In this document: positions 46,101-54,897 of the stretch, one piece after another
Layout: each line of letters starts with the position of its first letter
Numbering within the stretch: the first letter of the stretch is position 1
Virus record (IMG/VR): IMGVR_UViG_3300045283_000159
Coordinates: 1 to 57,683 of that record
Length of the DNA stretch: 57,683 nucleotides
Reading direction: 5' to 3' (one strand)
Source of the DNA: a virus
Taxonomy: Duplodnaviria > Caudoviricetes
Made by a program: the position numbers and the translations under genes
Notes under the pieces: model-generated
Databases searched by the model: none
Seen by the model: the letters and a program-made list of their open reading frames with translations, nothing else
Told to the model about the DNA's origin: nothing

Positions 46101-46396
46101 GCATCTTCCTGGACTGTCAGGGAAGCACCGTGACTATCAATGGCACCGGCAGTTACATCAACTACTACCTGGATGCGCCGGAGCCGAACCTGGACCTGGG
46201 CCTGATCATGGGGTCCTCCCAGGGGCGGCCGTCCGCGGTGTCCGTGTTCGACGCCTGCCAGGCGATCAGCGGCGGGGCCATGGCCATCGAACCCGCCGAC
46301 GGGGAGAACGCGCTTTTTGCATATTCCGCTGACGCGTCGGCCCCGAACATCTCCGTCAGCTACTACCCGAATTGGTTCTTCGACCGGACACAGTGA
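43181..46396 (+). CDS. Minor tail protein (distal-tail-like N-terminus with glycine-rich domains)
   Basis: ASNRTITLPI; WTCPPGVT.VYAECWG.GG Gly-rich modules. Confidence 0.85.
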   Translation: MMTSSLILGNAIELLGAEGGVPSVNPACPGAIFLLADDGSYDLGAPAPTSSYVASLILDGERPFGRRASNRTITLPIKIVAPNGSLQLLAAAREFLQQTVDQDVWTITWVRDPGPGGTPVPLIIDCFRAQPSRPSYAPLAEAQGVMRVNLTIPALPYGRSDVQSQIAFAAPIPQTPPPPPAPVVIDTFSSISSTQHFQSDRCIVGPRSCGWDPDDARVGDPGGQANRFLYTNASLATTLNLTGMTSLAMWLGFGSRYYTYLEYHGKIHGVSLYITLTDTSGNTLGMSRTGLRLPVSPDAQQPVFSRVSMPIPASTTFNYASVGGYTIEILNRHDRIRRLSWVTAFVDALTAYPPSQTANPVTRGALYTLYGLQGTARSAMTLAFQQPPTAGTPTTITATGAGNYTVPALAAWLKVEAVGGGGAGASLTATGNGGGGGGGGYSAEYVFPATPAQVIPYYVGLGGTAGASPVDGQPTVFGPGPSGPMAVTANGGKSALQNSSAGALGGLASGNAVTFPGGTGRTATGSVGGGGGSSGGNASAGLSPTGTAATVFTSPGTANWTCPPGVTQVYAECWGSGGSGALGASGGGNGGGGGAAEYAAQFVNVTPGNSYSYTVAAGGAAVSTSATNGNNGASSTFTGDAAVTVTAHGGGAGLYRTSSGGQGPAGTGSSNAVHFNGGQGGPAFPYSGSGGSSAGQAAAGNNGNGYGSATPAPTGGGAGGAGTGATTGNGTAGTAPGGGGGGTYTSPGTSGAGAAGQVRLTFPGGLGAPTNNGAAAVSGGGAGGAGGPSANTVGSAGSQPGGAGGGACSTGTAEAGGAGGAGKLIITPYSSAPFKSLIVHRPPLGALKTFVPLVPVGAGVDAPDGTHAYTVPQPVTGVNADFGGTYTLYLIASSLNGSSARTITVTVTQYEFAGGPSYSVSTLPVTVTPAQVTNGILTAGVLTLPVKAVAADNSGGYYSVSVTDTNNADRWLDCIFLDCQGSTVTINGTGSYINYYLDAPEPNLDLGLIMGSSQGRPSAVSVFDACQAISGGAMAIEPADGENALFAYSADASAPNISVSYYPNWFFDRTQ

Positions 46397-46400
46397 GCGG

Positions 46401-46694
46401 CTAGGGCTTCCACTCCTGCCGGTAGTCCGGGTGGTCGCTCCAGACGGCGGCGAGATGGCGCACCGTGGGGCACGGATACGGTAGCCAGCCATAGCCAGCC
46501 GGATGCGGCTCCTCGTCGTCCAGCACGCAGCGGAAGCACATGTGATCGCCGTACGCCATCCAGTCCGTCGGATGATGCTCGGCAAGGATCGCCCGCGCGG
46601 CGGCGAGCCAGCGGAGCGCGGGGTCGGCTGCCGCCTTCGCCGCCGCCTCGTCCTCGTCGAGGCGGGCGTTCAGGAAGGCGATCAGGTCATCCAC
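46401..46694 (-). CDS. DUF6221-like protein
   Basis: DLIAFLNARLDEDE...PCPTVRHLAAVWSDHPDYRQEW.P. Confidence 0.8.
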   Translation of the reverse strand: MDDLIAFLNARLDEDEAAAKAAADPALRWLAAARAILAEHHPTDWMAYGDHMCFRCVLDDEEPHPAGYGWLPYPCPTVRHLAAVWSDHPDYRQEWKP

Positions 46695-46729
46695 CCGCTC
46701 ATCATCACACGCGAGGAGGTGAGCGCGGC

Positions 46730-48892
46730 GTGAGCCTGTCCTACCGGGCCGCCCCCGCGTTCACCAACACCGGCAGCACCGGCGTCACCAGCACCAGCGT
46801 CACCAAGCAGGCCGGGACGACGGCCGGCGACTGGATCTTCATCTACGTGTTCGCCGGCACCGCCTCGATGGCGTGCACGGGGTTCACCTCCAAACCCGAC
46901 GCGAACGGGTTCGGCGGGCTGCTGTACCGGCTCGCGGACGGGTCCGAAGGGTCCTCGTTCAGCGTCACGGGGCTGGCCGGGAACCGGGCGAGCACGATGA
47001 TCGTCACGGTCGCCGGGGCAGCGGCGACGCTGGACCCGGCCACCGTCGCCACGCCCACGTCCGGCGGGGCGGGCACATCCATCGCCGTCGCGTCGATCAC
47101 CCTGGCCAACTCCACCGACTGGTGCCTGTGGTTCTGCGCCAACCAGAACGGTTACAGCGGCGCGGGGATGGCGATCACCCCGCCGTCCGGGTTCACCAGC
47201 CAGGGCACCAACGGGGCCCTCGCCTCCAACGCGACCATCATGCTGGCCGACAACGAGTCGATCGCCAGCGGGGCGACCGGCACCAAGACCGGCACGTTCA
47301 CCAGCTCAACCTTCTACAGCGGCGTCATGGCGGGGCTCACCCCCGCCGCCGGCACGTCACACCCCGGGACCGCCGCGCTGACCGGCCTGGGCACCCTGAC
47401 CGGCCTGGGCGTGTTCGCCGGGACCGCCGCCCTGTCCGGGATCGGCACGCTGTCCGGGACCGCGACCCACGTCACCGGCCACGGCGCCGGGACCGCCGCC
47501 CTGACCGGCATAGGCACACTGAGCGCCCTGCCGACCGGCGTCTTCATCCAGGCCGCCGCACTGTCCGGCATCGGCACCCTGTCCGCCGCCTGGACCGGCA
47601 TCCTGCTGCAGCCCCCGGCGGTCCTGTCCGGCACCGGCACCCTCAACCTGTCCGGCTACATCCTCAGCGTCCCCGCCGGGCTGTCCGGCAACGGCACCCT
47701 GTCCGTCCTGCAGGCCACCGGCGGGCTCGTGTTCGCGTCCCCCGGCGCCACCGTCCCCTACGCCTACCCGCTGTCATCCCAGGTGATGGTCGCGCCGCCC
47801 GGCACGTCGGCGTGGCGGCCCCTCGGCTCCGTCGGGGCCGTCACCGCGCTCACCTACTCGTTCACATGCCCCGGCGGAGCAGACAAGATGACCGCCACCG
47901 TGATGGCCCCCGCCGCGTACCGCACCCAGCTGTTCAATCCGGGATGGCAAGTCAAGATCACCCGCGGCGGTCACCAGGTCTGGAGTGGACGGCTGGATGA
48001 ACCGCAGCCATCCGCCGGATCGGGCTGGACCCTGACAGCCGTCGGTACCGGCAACAGGGGCACCGACTTCACCGCCGTCTACACGTCCACGTGGCCATCC
48101 TCGGAACCCGACCAGGCGATAAACGCTGCGATAGGGCGGGGCCTCAACTGGATAAATCCGGGCGTGGGCACCCCGTCCGGGGCGTGGTTCGGGCAGGCGC
48201 CGGACTCCGGCTCGACCACGATCACCGGGCTCCTCAACCTCATCTGCACCAGGGGCGGGCTCACCTGGTATGTCAACTCCCAGCCGGGCGGGATCCCCGG
48301 CGACGACCTGGCCGTGTTCCCCCTCCCCACGGTGGCGAACCGGCTGCTGGTCTGCACGCAGCCGGTCGGCAGGACCCTCGGCGGGGACATCAACACCATC
48401 CAGATCCGCTACCAGGTGAGCGCTGATGACCCCTCCGGGTCCGGCGCGGCCGCCGTGTACGCCGTCACCTCCGTGACCAGCGCCGCCAGCGTCGCCGCCC
48501 ACGGCGTCATCGAGACCTACATCGACCTGTCATCCGCCGGGGTCATGTCCGCCGGGGCCGCGCAGGCAGTCGGGACAAAAGTCCTCGCCATCTACCAGCG
48601 CGCGAGCTTTGCCGGGCCGTTCACCGCCCGGTACGGGCAGCTGACCACCACCGGAGGCGTCCCCGTCGACCCGGGGTGCGACCAGGCCGGCACCGTGGTC
48701 AAGCTGGTTTTGGTCGATTTTGGCTATGGCGGAGAAATAGTTCCAGGGCCGATCAGCTTCCTGGTCGGCGGCTACGAGTGGAACGACCTGGACCAGACCG
48801 CCACGATCACCCCGTACCAGAACGTGAATCAAAGCCTCACGGGCCTGCTCTCCCTGGCCAGCCAAGGGCTGACACCCATCACGGCCGCGTAA
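46730..48892 (+). CDS. Minor tail protein
   Basis: Carbohydrate-binding-like N-terminus; LSGIGTLS repeats; VWSGRLDEP. Confidence 0.8.
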   Translation: MSLSYRAAPAFTNTGSTGVTSTSVTKQAGTTAGDWIFIYVFAGTASMACTGFTSKPDANGFGGLLYRLADGSEGSSFSVTGLAGNRASTMIVTVAGAAATLDPATVATPTSGGAGTSIAVASITLANSTDWCLWFCANQNGYSGAGMAITPPSGFTSQGTNGALASNATIMLADNESIASGATGTKTGTFTSSTFYSGVMAGLTPAAGTSHPGTAALTGLGTLTGLGVFAGTAALSGIGTLSGTATHVTGHGAGTAALTGIGTLSALPTGVFIQAAALSGIGTLSAAWTGILLQPPAVLSGTGTLNLSGYILSVPAGLSGNGTLSVLQATGGLVFASPGATVPYAYPLSSQVMVAPPGTSAWRPLGSVGAVTALTYSFTCPGGADKMTATVMAPAAYRTQLFNPGWQVKITRGGHQVWSGRLDEPQPSAGSGWTLTAVGTGNRGTDFTAVYTSTWPSSEPDQAINAAIGRGLNWINPGVGTPSGAWFGQAPDSGSTTITGLLNLICTRGGLTWYVNSQPGGIPGDDLAVFPLPTVANRLLVCTQPVGRTLGGDINTIQIRYQVSADDPSGSGAAAVYAVTSVTSAASVAAHGVIETYIDLSSAGVMSAGAAQAVGTKVLAIYQRASFAGPFTARYGQLTTTGGVPVDPGCDQAGTVVKLVLVDFGYGGEIVPGPISFLVGGYEWNDLDQTATITPYQNVNQSLTGLLSLASQGLTPITAA

Positions 48893-48910
48893 GCAGAACG
48901 GAGTATCACC

Positions 48911-49120
48911 ATGCGGACCATCGTCTGCAAGAACTGCCAGGCCAGCGTCACCCTGTACGGGGACGAGGACCCGCACGCCGCGCTCACCTGTGACTGTTGC
49001 GACCAGGACCACCACCACGGGGCCGCCGCCGAGACCACCGGCGAACCCTGCCGGCCCGTCCACCACATCTACGGCGGGCAGCTCGGCGCACCGGGAAACG
49101 TCAGCCTGACCAGCGGCTAA
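48911..49120 (+). CDS. Small Cys/His-rich protein
   Basis: CKNC...CDCC..DHHH. Confidence 0.65.
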   Translation: MRTIVCKNCQASVTLYGDEDPHAALTCDCCDQDHHHGAAAETTGEPCRPVHHIYGGQLGAPGNVSLTSG

Positions 49121-49620
49121 TCAGGGAAGTTGAGACAAGCGAACTCACCGAATGCCGCACGCGCGGCAGCATCGTAAGCTTGTGCAGCGCTGACCTCATC
49201 GGGAAAGGTTCCCAGGCACCTAACCTTCCCTATGTCCTTAATGCTGGCGCGCCAGCGTCCTCGGCGCTGGTCTCGGTAAACACCCTTGTACCGGCTGCTG
49301 CTTCCGGTCTTAGTCCTCTTATTGCGGCCATTCTGCACATCAGTCGCCTCGCGCAGGTTGTGTCGCTGGTTGTTCAGGCCGTCGTGGTCTTCATGATCAA
49401 CCCTGGCGAACCCAGTGATCAGCGTGTGCATCAAGAGGCAGTTGACCTTGCCGTCGACCCTCCAGAAAGTCCTGGCATAGGGTCCGTTCAGGCGCCTGGC
49501 CCCTGGTCGCATGTACTCATGCACGGTCCATCGGTACTGCATCACCAGGTCGTAGTCAGCGTCGTCAACCAGCGCGACGCGGCCTGCCGCGGTCTTCCCG
49601 TGCAGGGGTACGGTCTTCAT
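49117..49620 (-). CDS. HNH-AP2 homing endonuclease
   Basis: VDHEDHDGLNNQRHNLR; SSRYKGV; LGTF.DE..AA.AYD.AA...FGEFA.LNF. Confidence 0.92.
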   Translation of the reverse strand: MKTVPLHGKTAAGRVALVDDADYDLVMQYRWTVHEYMRPGARRLNGPYARTFWRVDGKVNCLLMHTLITGFARVDHEDHDGLNNQRHNLREATDVQNGRNKRTKTGSSSRYKGVYRDQRRGRWRASIKDIGKVRCLGTFPDEVSAAQAYDAAARAAFGEFACLNFPD

Positions 49621-49758
49621 GTCGGCCTGCTTTCATCAGGTCGTCCACGCCCCGGGGCCAGTTGCATGGTCGCCGGGGCCTCAGCTTCTCATCTTACCAG
49701 GTCATCCACCACGCGCCCACCTCTCCGGGTGCCGTCAGTAATCGGAAGGTGACGCATA

Positions 49759-50208
49759 GTGGCAAATATGACGGACCAAACTCGAGTAAATTGGATGCTC
49801 CAGGCGTTCTTCACCGCGTCGGCGACCGCCACGTTCACCCCCGGCACCGGCGGCGGCTCCGCCCTGGTCATCACCCCGCCGTACAAGCTGCGGCTCATGT
49901 CCGCGCAGGGCTCCAACTCGTCCAACGGCACCGAGCTGACCACGTTCGGCGGGTACACCGCCGGCGGCGCCTCGCTCGGCTCCACGTTCTGCGCCGCGCC
50001 GTCCGCCGGGCAGCAGTCCAACAGCAACGCTGTGTCCTGGTCCGCGACCAACACGTGGGCGACCGTCGTCGCGATCGAGATCTGGGACTCCGCCGGCACC
50101 CCGCTGCGGTGGCTGCAGGGAGCCATCACGTCAATCACCGGGGTGGTAAACGGTGACACCGTGAGCTTCGCTATAGGCAGCATCACCATAAACGCGAGCC
50201 AGTGGTAA
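49759..50208 (+). CDS. Tail fibre-associated structural protein
   Basis: GTEL...GGYTAGG; IWDS; GDTVSF. Confidence 0.8.
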   Translation: MANMTDQTRVNWMLQAFFTASATATFTPGTGGGSALVITPPYKLRLMSAQGSNSSNGTELTTFGGYTAGGASLGSTFCAAPSAGQQSNSNAVSWSATNTWATVVAIEIWDSAGTPLRWLQGAITSITGVVNGDTVSFAIGSITINASQW

Positions 50209-50352
50209 TGCCGCCGCGCTGGAAGTGGGCTTATCTGCTGTACCGCATCGGCGGCTGGCCTGTCTTCAGCGCAGAGGCCGAGGAATACGAGCACAGGCTT
50301 ATCGCACGCCGACGGCGGCAGCCGTGGGCAGACGAGGACTAAGGAGGCCACG

Positions 50353-50994
50353 GTGGGCGTGCGCGCGGTCCTGACGATCCTGGTCCTCCGCCTGGCCTGG
50401 CCGGCTTGGGCCGTCCTCACCGAGGCGGCCTGGCACCTGGCCGGGCAGGCGTGGGCGTTCGCCGTCCTGGCCGCCGGGCTGGGATGGCTCGCGGCCAGGC
50501 TGCCCGCCGCGATGGCCGCCGCGTCCGCGAAAGCCTACGCGGTCGAGGCCCGCGTCGACGGGCTCGTCCCCGCGGTCCACGGCGCCCTGACCGCCGCGTC
50601 CACCGCCCAGTCCGCCGCGTCCACCGCCCAGTCCGCCGCGAACAACGCCAACGGCCGGGTCGGCAACCTGTCCGGCAGGAACACGACGAACGCCGGCCTG
50701 TCGGACGGGGGCACCAACGGCTCCTCCGGCAGCTCCGGGCTGTCAGACGGGGGCATCAACGGGTCGTCCAGCGGCGCCGGGCTCCCAGACGGGACCCTCA
50801 ACGGGTCGTCCGGGCAGATCAACACCGGGGGAGGCACGGCGCACACCCACGGCCCCGGCTCCTACGCGGTCGCGAACGGGTTCCACTCCCACTCCAACGG
50901 CTCCTACGCGGTCGCGAACGGGAACCACTCCCACGGGGCCGGCTCCTACGCGGTGGGGAACGGGAACCACTCCCACACCCTGCCGAGCGTGTGA
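50353..50994 (+). CDS. Protein with hydrophobic N-terminus and HxH tail-fibre-like repeats
   Basis: HTHGPGSYAVANG-type repeat with four HxH motifs. Confidence 0.7.
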   Translation: MGVRAVLTILVLRLAWPAWAVLTEAAWHLAGQAWAFAVLAAGLGWLAARLPAAMAAASAKAYAVEARVDGLVPAVHGALTAASTAQSAASTAQSAANNANGRVGNLSGRNTTNAGLSDGGTNGSSGSSGLSDGGINGSSSGAGLPDGTLNGSSGQINTGGGTAHTHGPGSYAVANGFHSHSNGSYAVANGNHSHGAGSYAVGNGNHSHTLPSV

Positions 50995-51018
50995 CCCTGT
51001 AACAGCCGGGGGGCGAGC

Positions 51019-51792
51019 ATGAGCGAGGCGCGGATCGAGCACCCGCCGGGGCAGGGCTGGTGGGTCACCCAGGACCCCACCGAGCTCACCAACACCGCCG
51101 TCACCCAGGCCAAGGACGACCTCCGCCGCGAGCTAGCCTCCGACCGGGAACTGCTATCCGAGCGGATCCTGCGGACCGAGACCATCCTCCGCGACCTCGA
51201 CATCCGGCTCAAAGGCGAGATCGCCGACAGCATCAACAGCCTCGAGGCGATCCTCACCCAGCGGATCTCCGGGCTCGAGAAGATCATGAAGCTCCTGGAC
51301 CAGGCGCTGAGCCGGGGACCGGAACAGGCCGACGACCTCCGGGAACGGCTCCAGACCGACATCAAGATCGCGGTGGAAGGGCTCCGGCAGCTCCATGAGG
51401 AACGGTTCAACGCGATCCAGCAGCAGTTCAATGAGCGGGACACACGGGGGGATCAGGAGAAGAAGGCCAGCAAGGAAGCGCTCGACGCGGCGCTGCTCGC
51501 CCAGAAAGAGAGTGTCGCGCAGCAGAACGACGCCAACACCACGGCAGCGGCGAAGACTGAACTTAACTTCACAAAACAGAACGATCAGACAGCTGTCCTG
51601 ATCTCCACCCTGGAGAAGAGCCTCTCGGATCGGCTGACTGAGCTGAAGGAGAGAATTGACCGGGGAGAGGGCAGCAACGCCGGCGCCGCTGGCACCCGCG
51701 TCGACCAGCGGGCCAGCCTCGGCACCGTCATCGCGGCGGTCGCGACCCTCGTCGCGGTCATATCGTTCGTTCTCTACGTCGTGAAGAAGTGA
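51019..51792 (+). CDS. Coiled-coil protein with C-terminal TM helix
   Basis: Heptads; terminal hydrophobic helix. Confidence 0.75.
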   Translation: MSEARIEHPPGQGWWVTQDPTELTNTAVTQAKDDLRRELASDRELLSERILRTETILRDLDIRLKGEIADSINSLEAILTQRISGLEKIMKLLDQALSRGPEQADDLRERLQTDIKIAVEGLRQLHEERFNAIQQQFNERDTRGDQEKKASKEALDAALLAQKESVAQQNDANTTAAAKTELNFTKQNDQTAVLISTLEKSLSDRLTELKERIDRGEGSNAGAAGTRVDQRASLGTVIAAVATLVAVISFVLYVVKK

Positions 51793-51798
51793 GGGGCC

Positions 51799-52032
51799 GT
51801 GGCCGCCAGGGTCAGGGCGTGGATCGCCGCGCATCGGAAGGTAATCGTCGCCGTGACCGGCGCCGCCCTCACCCTGGCCATCCAGGTGTGGGGCACCGGC
51901 AACCCGTGGGTCTCGTTCGCGATCCTGGCCGCGACCAGCCTCGGCGTGTACGGAGCCCCCAACCAGGCCCCGCCCGCCGCGCCGTCCCGGGCCGAGAAGA
52001 CCCTGATCCAGCCTCCCGCCGCCCCGGAGTGA
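51799..52032 (+). CDS. Holin-like two-TM protein
   Basis: RK.IVA...LGVYGAPN; next to endolysin. Confidence 0.75.
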   Translation: MAARVRAWIAAHRKVIVAVTGAALTLAIQVWGTGNPWVSFAILAATSLGVYGAPNQAPPAAPSRAEKTLIQPPAAPE

Positions 52033-52113
52033 CCCGCTGCGGCGGGAGCCAGGCGCGGACACCAACCCCGCTGCCCCGGACCCCGGCAGCCCTGGCCGTC
52101 TGAGGAGACCGCC

Positions 52114-52248
52114 ATGGCCTACTGCCGCTGCTGCGGCGTCTTCGCCGACCTCGACGCCGCCAAGATGTGCGACACCTGCCGCGCCAATTGGCAGCCAACC
52201 GGCAGCAAGCCCGACGACCTCGGAACCCGCCACCCAGGAGCCCCATGA
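52114..52248 (+). CDS. Small Zn-finger protein
   Basis: GAGGAG RBS; CRCC...CDTC. Confidence 0.55.
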   Translation: MAYCRCCGVFADLDAAKMCDTCRANWQPTGSKPDDLGTRHPGAP

Positions 52249-53009
52249 CGATCGCCACGGTCACCGTCTGTGATGCTATTCGCGCCAACATCAGCCACCT
52301 CCCCAAAGGACCCGCCGCCGGGTACACGACCGGCCACGGCATCGTCCCGTGGGGCGCGGCGGAGTGGAAGGCGCACCCTGGTGCGGTGAGGATCTGCCAG
52401 GACCCCGGCGCCACCGACACCACCGCCGACGTCCTCGACGTCGAGGCCGGCGCGGCCACCATCGCCCGGTGCGCCCCGTGGGCCGAAGCCGCCGCCGCGA
52501 ACTTCGCCCAGGGGAAACGCGCCGGGCAGCGGAGCCCCGCCGTCTACATGAGCCTCAGCGCCGTCACGCCCGTCGTCAACGCCCTCGTCCACGGCGGCAT
52601 CAGCGAAGGCGTCGGCCTGTGGGTCGCGAACTGGAACCTCACCGTCGCCGAGGCCACCGCCCTCGTCGCCCACGCGGGCGGGCCGTTCCCCATCGTCGGC
52701 GTGCAGTACCGCAACGCCGGGACCTACGACGTGTCCGTGTTCAGCAAGCCGTGGCTCGGCGCGGTGTCCGGGGACCCGGTGACGCACCCGCCGAAGGGGT
52801 TCCACGGCGAATGGGTCACCAAAGGGCAGCTGTCCCTCGCGCAGCTCGCCGCCACGTTCGGCCTGAAACCCTCCACGCTGCTCCGCATGACCGCCGTGCA
52901 CTTCGGCCAGTTCGGGCCCGAGCTCGCCTCATACGTCAACGCGGTCCACAACGGGACGCTGCGCCCCAACTCGCCGCTCCCCGCGGCCAGCGTCCTGTGG
53001 GTCGACTGA
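52245..53009 (+). CDS. Endolysin, GH25-like muramidase
   Basis: LDVE; PAVYMS; LWVANW; QY...DVSVF. Confidence 0.75.
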   Translation: MTIATVTVCDAIRANISHLPKGPAAGYTTGHGIVPWGAAEWKAHPGAVRICQDPGATDTTADVLDVEAGAATIARCAPWAEAAAANFAQGKRAGQRSPAVYMSLSAVTPVVNALVHGGISEGVGLWVANWNLTVAEATALVAHAGGPFPIVGVQYRNAGTYDVSVFSKPWLGAVSGDPVTHPPKGFHGEWVTKGQLSLAQLAATFGLKPSTLLRMTAVHFGQFGPELASYVNAVHNGTLRPNSPLPAASVLWVD

Positions 53010-53043
53010 ACTGTAATACGCTTGACCCCTCTCGGGGTGACGG

Positions 53044-53078
53044 CAGGGCCCTCCGCGCATCGCGGAGGGCCCTGTTTT
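53044..53078 (+). terminator. Intrinsic terminator ending the late operon
   Basis: CAGGGCCCTCCGCG/CGCGGAGGGCCCTG followed by TTTT. Confidence 0.85.
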
Positions 53079-53083
53079 CGCGT

Positions 53084-53317
53084 TCATGAGGCCTTCGCCG
53101 CCTGCGCCTCGGCGATCAGCCGCTGCACGTACGCATCCACCGACGCCCGCGTGTACCGGGCCAGCGAGCCGAGCTTCACCTTCTGGATCTCGTCCTCGGC
53201 GGCCAGGCGGGTGACCTTCTTCGGCGAGCACTTCAGCCGCTGCGCCACCTCGCCGGTAGTGAGCAGGTCGAGCACTTCCAGGCCCACGTCGGCCATCGCG
53301 GTTCCAGAGCCGGTCAT
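53084..53317 (-). CDS. xis: Excisionase (HTH_17-like)
   Basis: LLTTGEVAQRLKCSPKKVTRL...VKLG...Y....V..YV. Confidence 0.85.
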   Translation of the reverse strand: MTGSGTAMADVGLEVLDLLTTGEVAQRLKCSPKKVTRLAAEDEIQKVKLGSLARYTRASVDAYVQRLIAEAQAAKAS

Positions 53318-53443
53318 CGTCTTCCCTTCGCCTGCCGGGGCCTGGAGACAGGCTCCCGTGTTCTCCCGCCACGGTTGACGGTAAATGGAGACATCCGGAG
53401 TCCACTCTAGACCAGACATGTCCATCCTGGGTACCGTGGTGTC

Positions 53444-53602
53444 ATGAAATGCGGGAAGATTTGCTACACGAGCGCGTATGCCGCACTCAGGGCGTCCCTG
53501 CGCATGAAGCCGCCGCCGACCGGCGTGCTGCCGGTGCGGTCCTATCGCTGCGGCAAGTGCAAGGCGTGGCACCTGACCAGCCGGGTTCGGAGGCCGGCGT
53601 GA
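53444..53602 (+). CDS. Small Zn-binding protein coupled to int (not in ORF track)
   Basis: CGKICY...RSYRCGKCKAWHLTS; TACCGT 6 nt before the ATG. Confidence 0.7.
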   Translation: MKCGKICYTSAYAALRASLRMKPPPTGVLPVRSYRCGKCKAWHLTSRVRRPA

Positions 53603-54897
53603 CCGGGAAGCCGGCCGGGGCGCGGCCCAACCGCGAAGGCAAACCCTGGCGGCGCGCCGACGGCCGCTGGCAAGCCCGCGCCTACCCGCCCGCCGGCGGC
53701 ATCGACCGCAAGCCGCGCACCGTCTACGGCAAGACCCGCGCCGAAGCCAAGGCCAACGCCGCCGAGCTCACCGCGCAGCTGGCACGCGGCATCCCGTCGG
53801 ACTCCGGGCAGACCGTCGCCGACGCGTTCGCCAGATGGCTCGGCGTCACGCTCCCCCAGTACGTCCGCGCGGGCCGCCTGGCCGCCTCCACGATGGACTC
53901 GTACCGTGACAACGCGCGGCTGCACATCCTGTCCGGGCGTGACGGCATAGGCCATATCAGGCTCACGGAGCTCCGCGCGGACACCGTACGGGAGTGGCAG
54001 GACCGCCTCTCACGCAAGCCATCCGGCCGCCAGCCCCGCAAATCCCGTGACGAACCGCGTGACGACCGGCGTGACGCGTCACGCAACGCGTCACGAAAGA
54101 CGCTCTCACCGCGCACCGTCGCCTACTGCCGGGAGATCCTCCACAAGATGATCGCCGACGCGATCCGCGACGAGACCGCCGGCCTCACCCGCAACGTCGT
54201 CGACCTCGTAGAACCACCCAAGGCACGCCCGGCCGAACCGGTCATCCCCACCCCCGACGAGACCTCGGCGCTGCTGATCGCGATGGCCGACGACCGGTGG
54301 TGGTGCTACTGGCTCCTGGCGTTCCTGCTCGGCTTCCGCCGCGGCGAGGGCCTCGGCATGCGGTGGGACGACCTGGACCTGGAGCGGCGGATCTGGACGC
54401 CGGGCATGCAGGTGCAGCGGCTCCGCGGCGACGCCGACCCCGCCACGGGGAAGCGTGGCCGGGGGCGGCTGGTGGCCAAGGAGCTGAAGACGCAGGCGTC
54501 ACGGGACCGGGCGCCGCTGCCTGACGCGGCCGTGGAGGCCCTGACGGCGTGGCAGCGGGAGCAGCGGCGCCAGCGGATGGCCGCGCCCGCGTGGGCCGAC
54601 CTCGGCCTCGTCTTCACCACGAACCTGGGGACGGCGGTCGAGCCGCGGAACATCAACCGGCAGTGGGAGAAAGTCCGCGCCCGCGCCGGAATCCAGCGGC
54701 CCGCCCGGCTGCACGACCTGCGGCACGCCTGCGCGTCCTACGCCCTCGCCGGGGGCGCGGACCTGAAGACGGTGCAGCGGATGCTCCGGCACGCGCGGAT
54801 CTCCACGACGCAGGTGTACGTGCACGCGCTGGAGGACGTGCCGCGGGCCGGGGCGGACGTGATGGACCGGGTACTCGAAGGGCTGCGGCAGCGCTAG
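53599..54897 (+). CDS. int: Tyrosine integrase
   Basis: Arm-binding N-terminus (DGRWQA..YGKT); GFRRGE; HDLRH; LRHA; TTQVY. Confidence 0.95.
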   Translation: MTGKPAGARPNREGKPWRRADGRWQARAYPPAGGIDRKPRTVYGKTRAEAKANAAELTAQLARGIPSDSGQTVADAFARWLGVTLPQYVRAGRLAASTMDSYRDNARLHILSGRDGIGHIRLTELRADTVREWQDRLSRKPSGRQPRKSRDEPRDDRRDASRNASRKTLSPRTVAYCREILHKMIADAIRDETAGLTRNVVDLVEPPKARPAEPVIPTPDETSALLIAMADDRWWCYWLLAFLLGFRRGEGLGMRWDDLDLERRIWTPGMQVQRLRGDADPATGKRGRGRLVAKELKTQASRDRAPLPDAAVEALTAWQREQRRQRMAAPAWADLGLVFTTNLGTAVEPRNINRQWEKVRARAGIQRPARLHDLRHACASYALAGGADLKTVQRMLRHARISTTQVYVHALEDVPRAGADVMDRVLEGLRQR

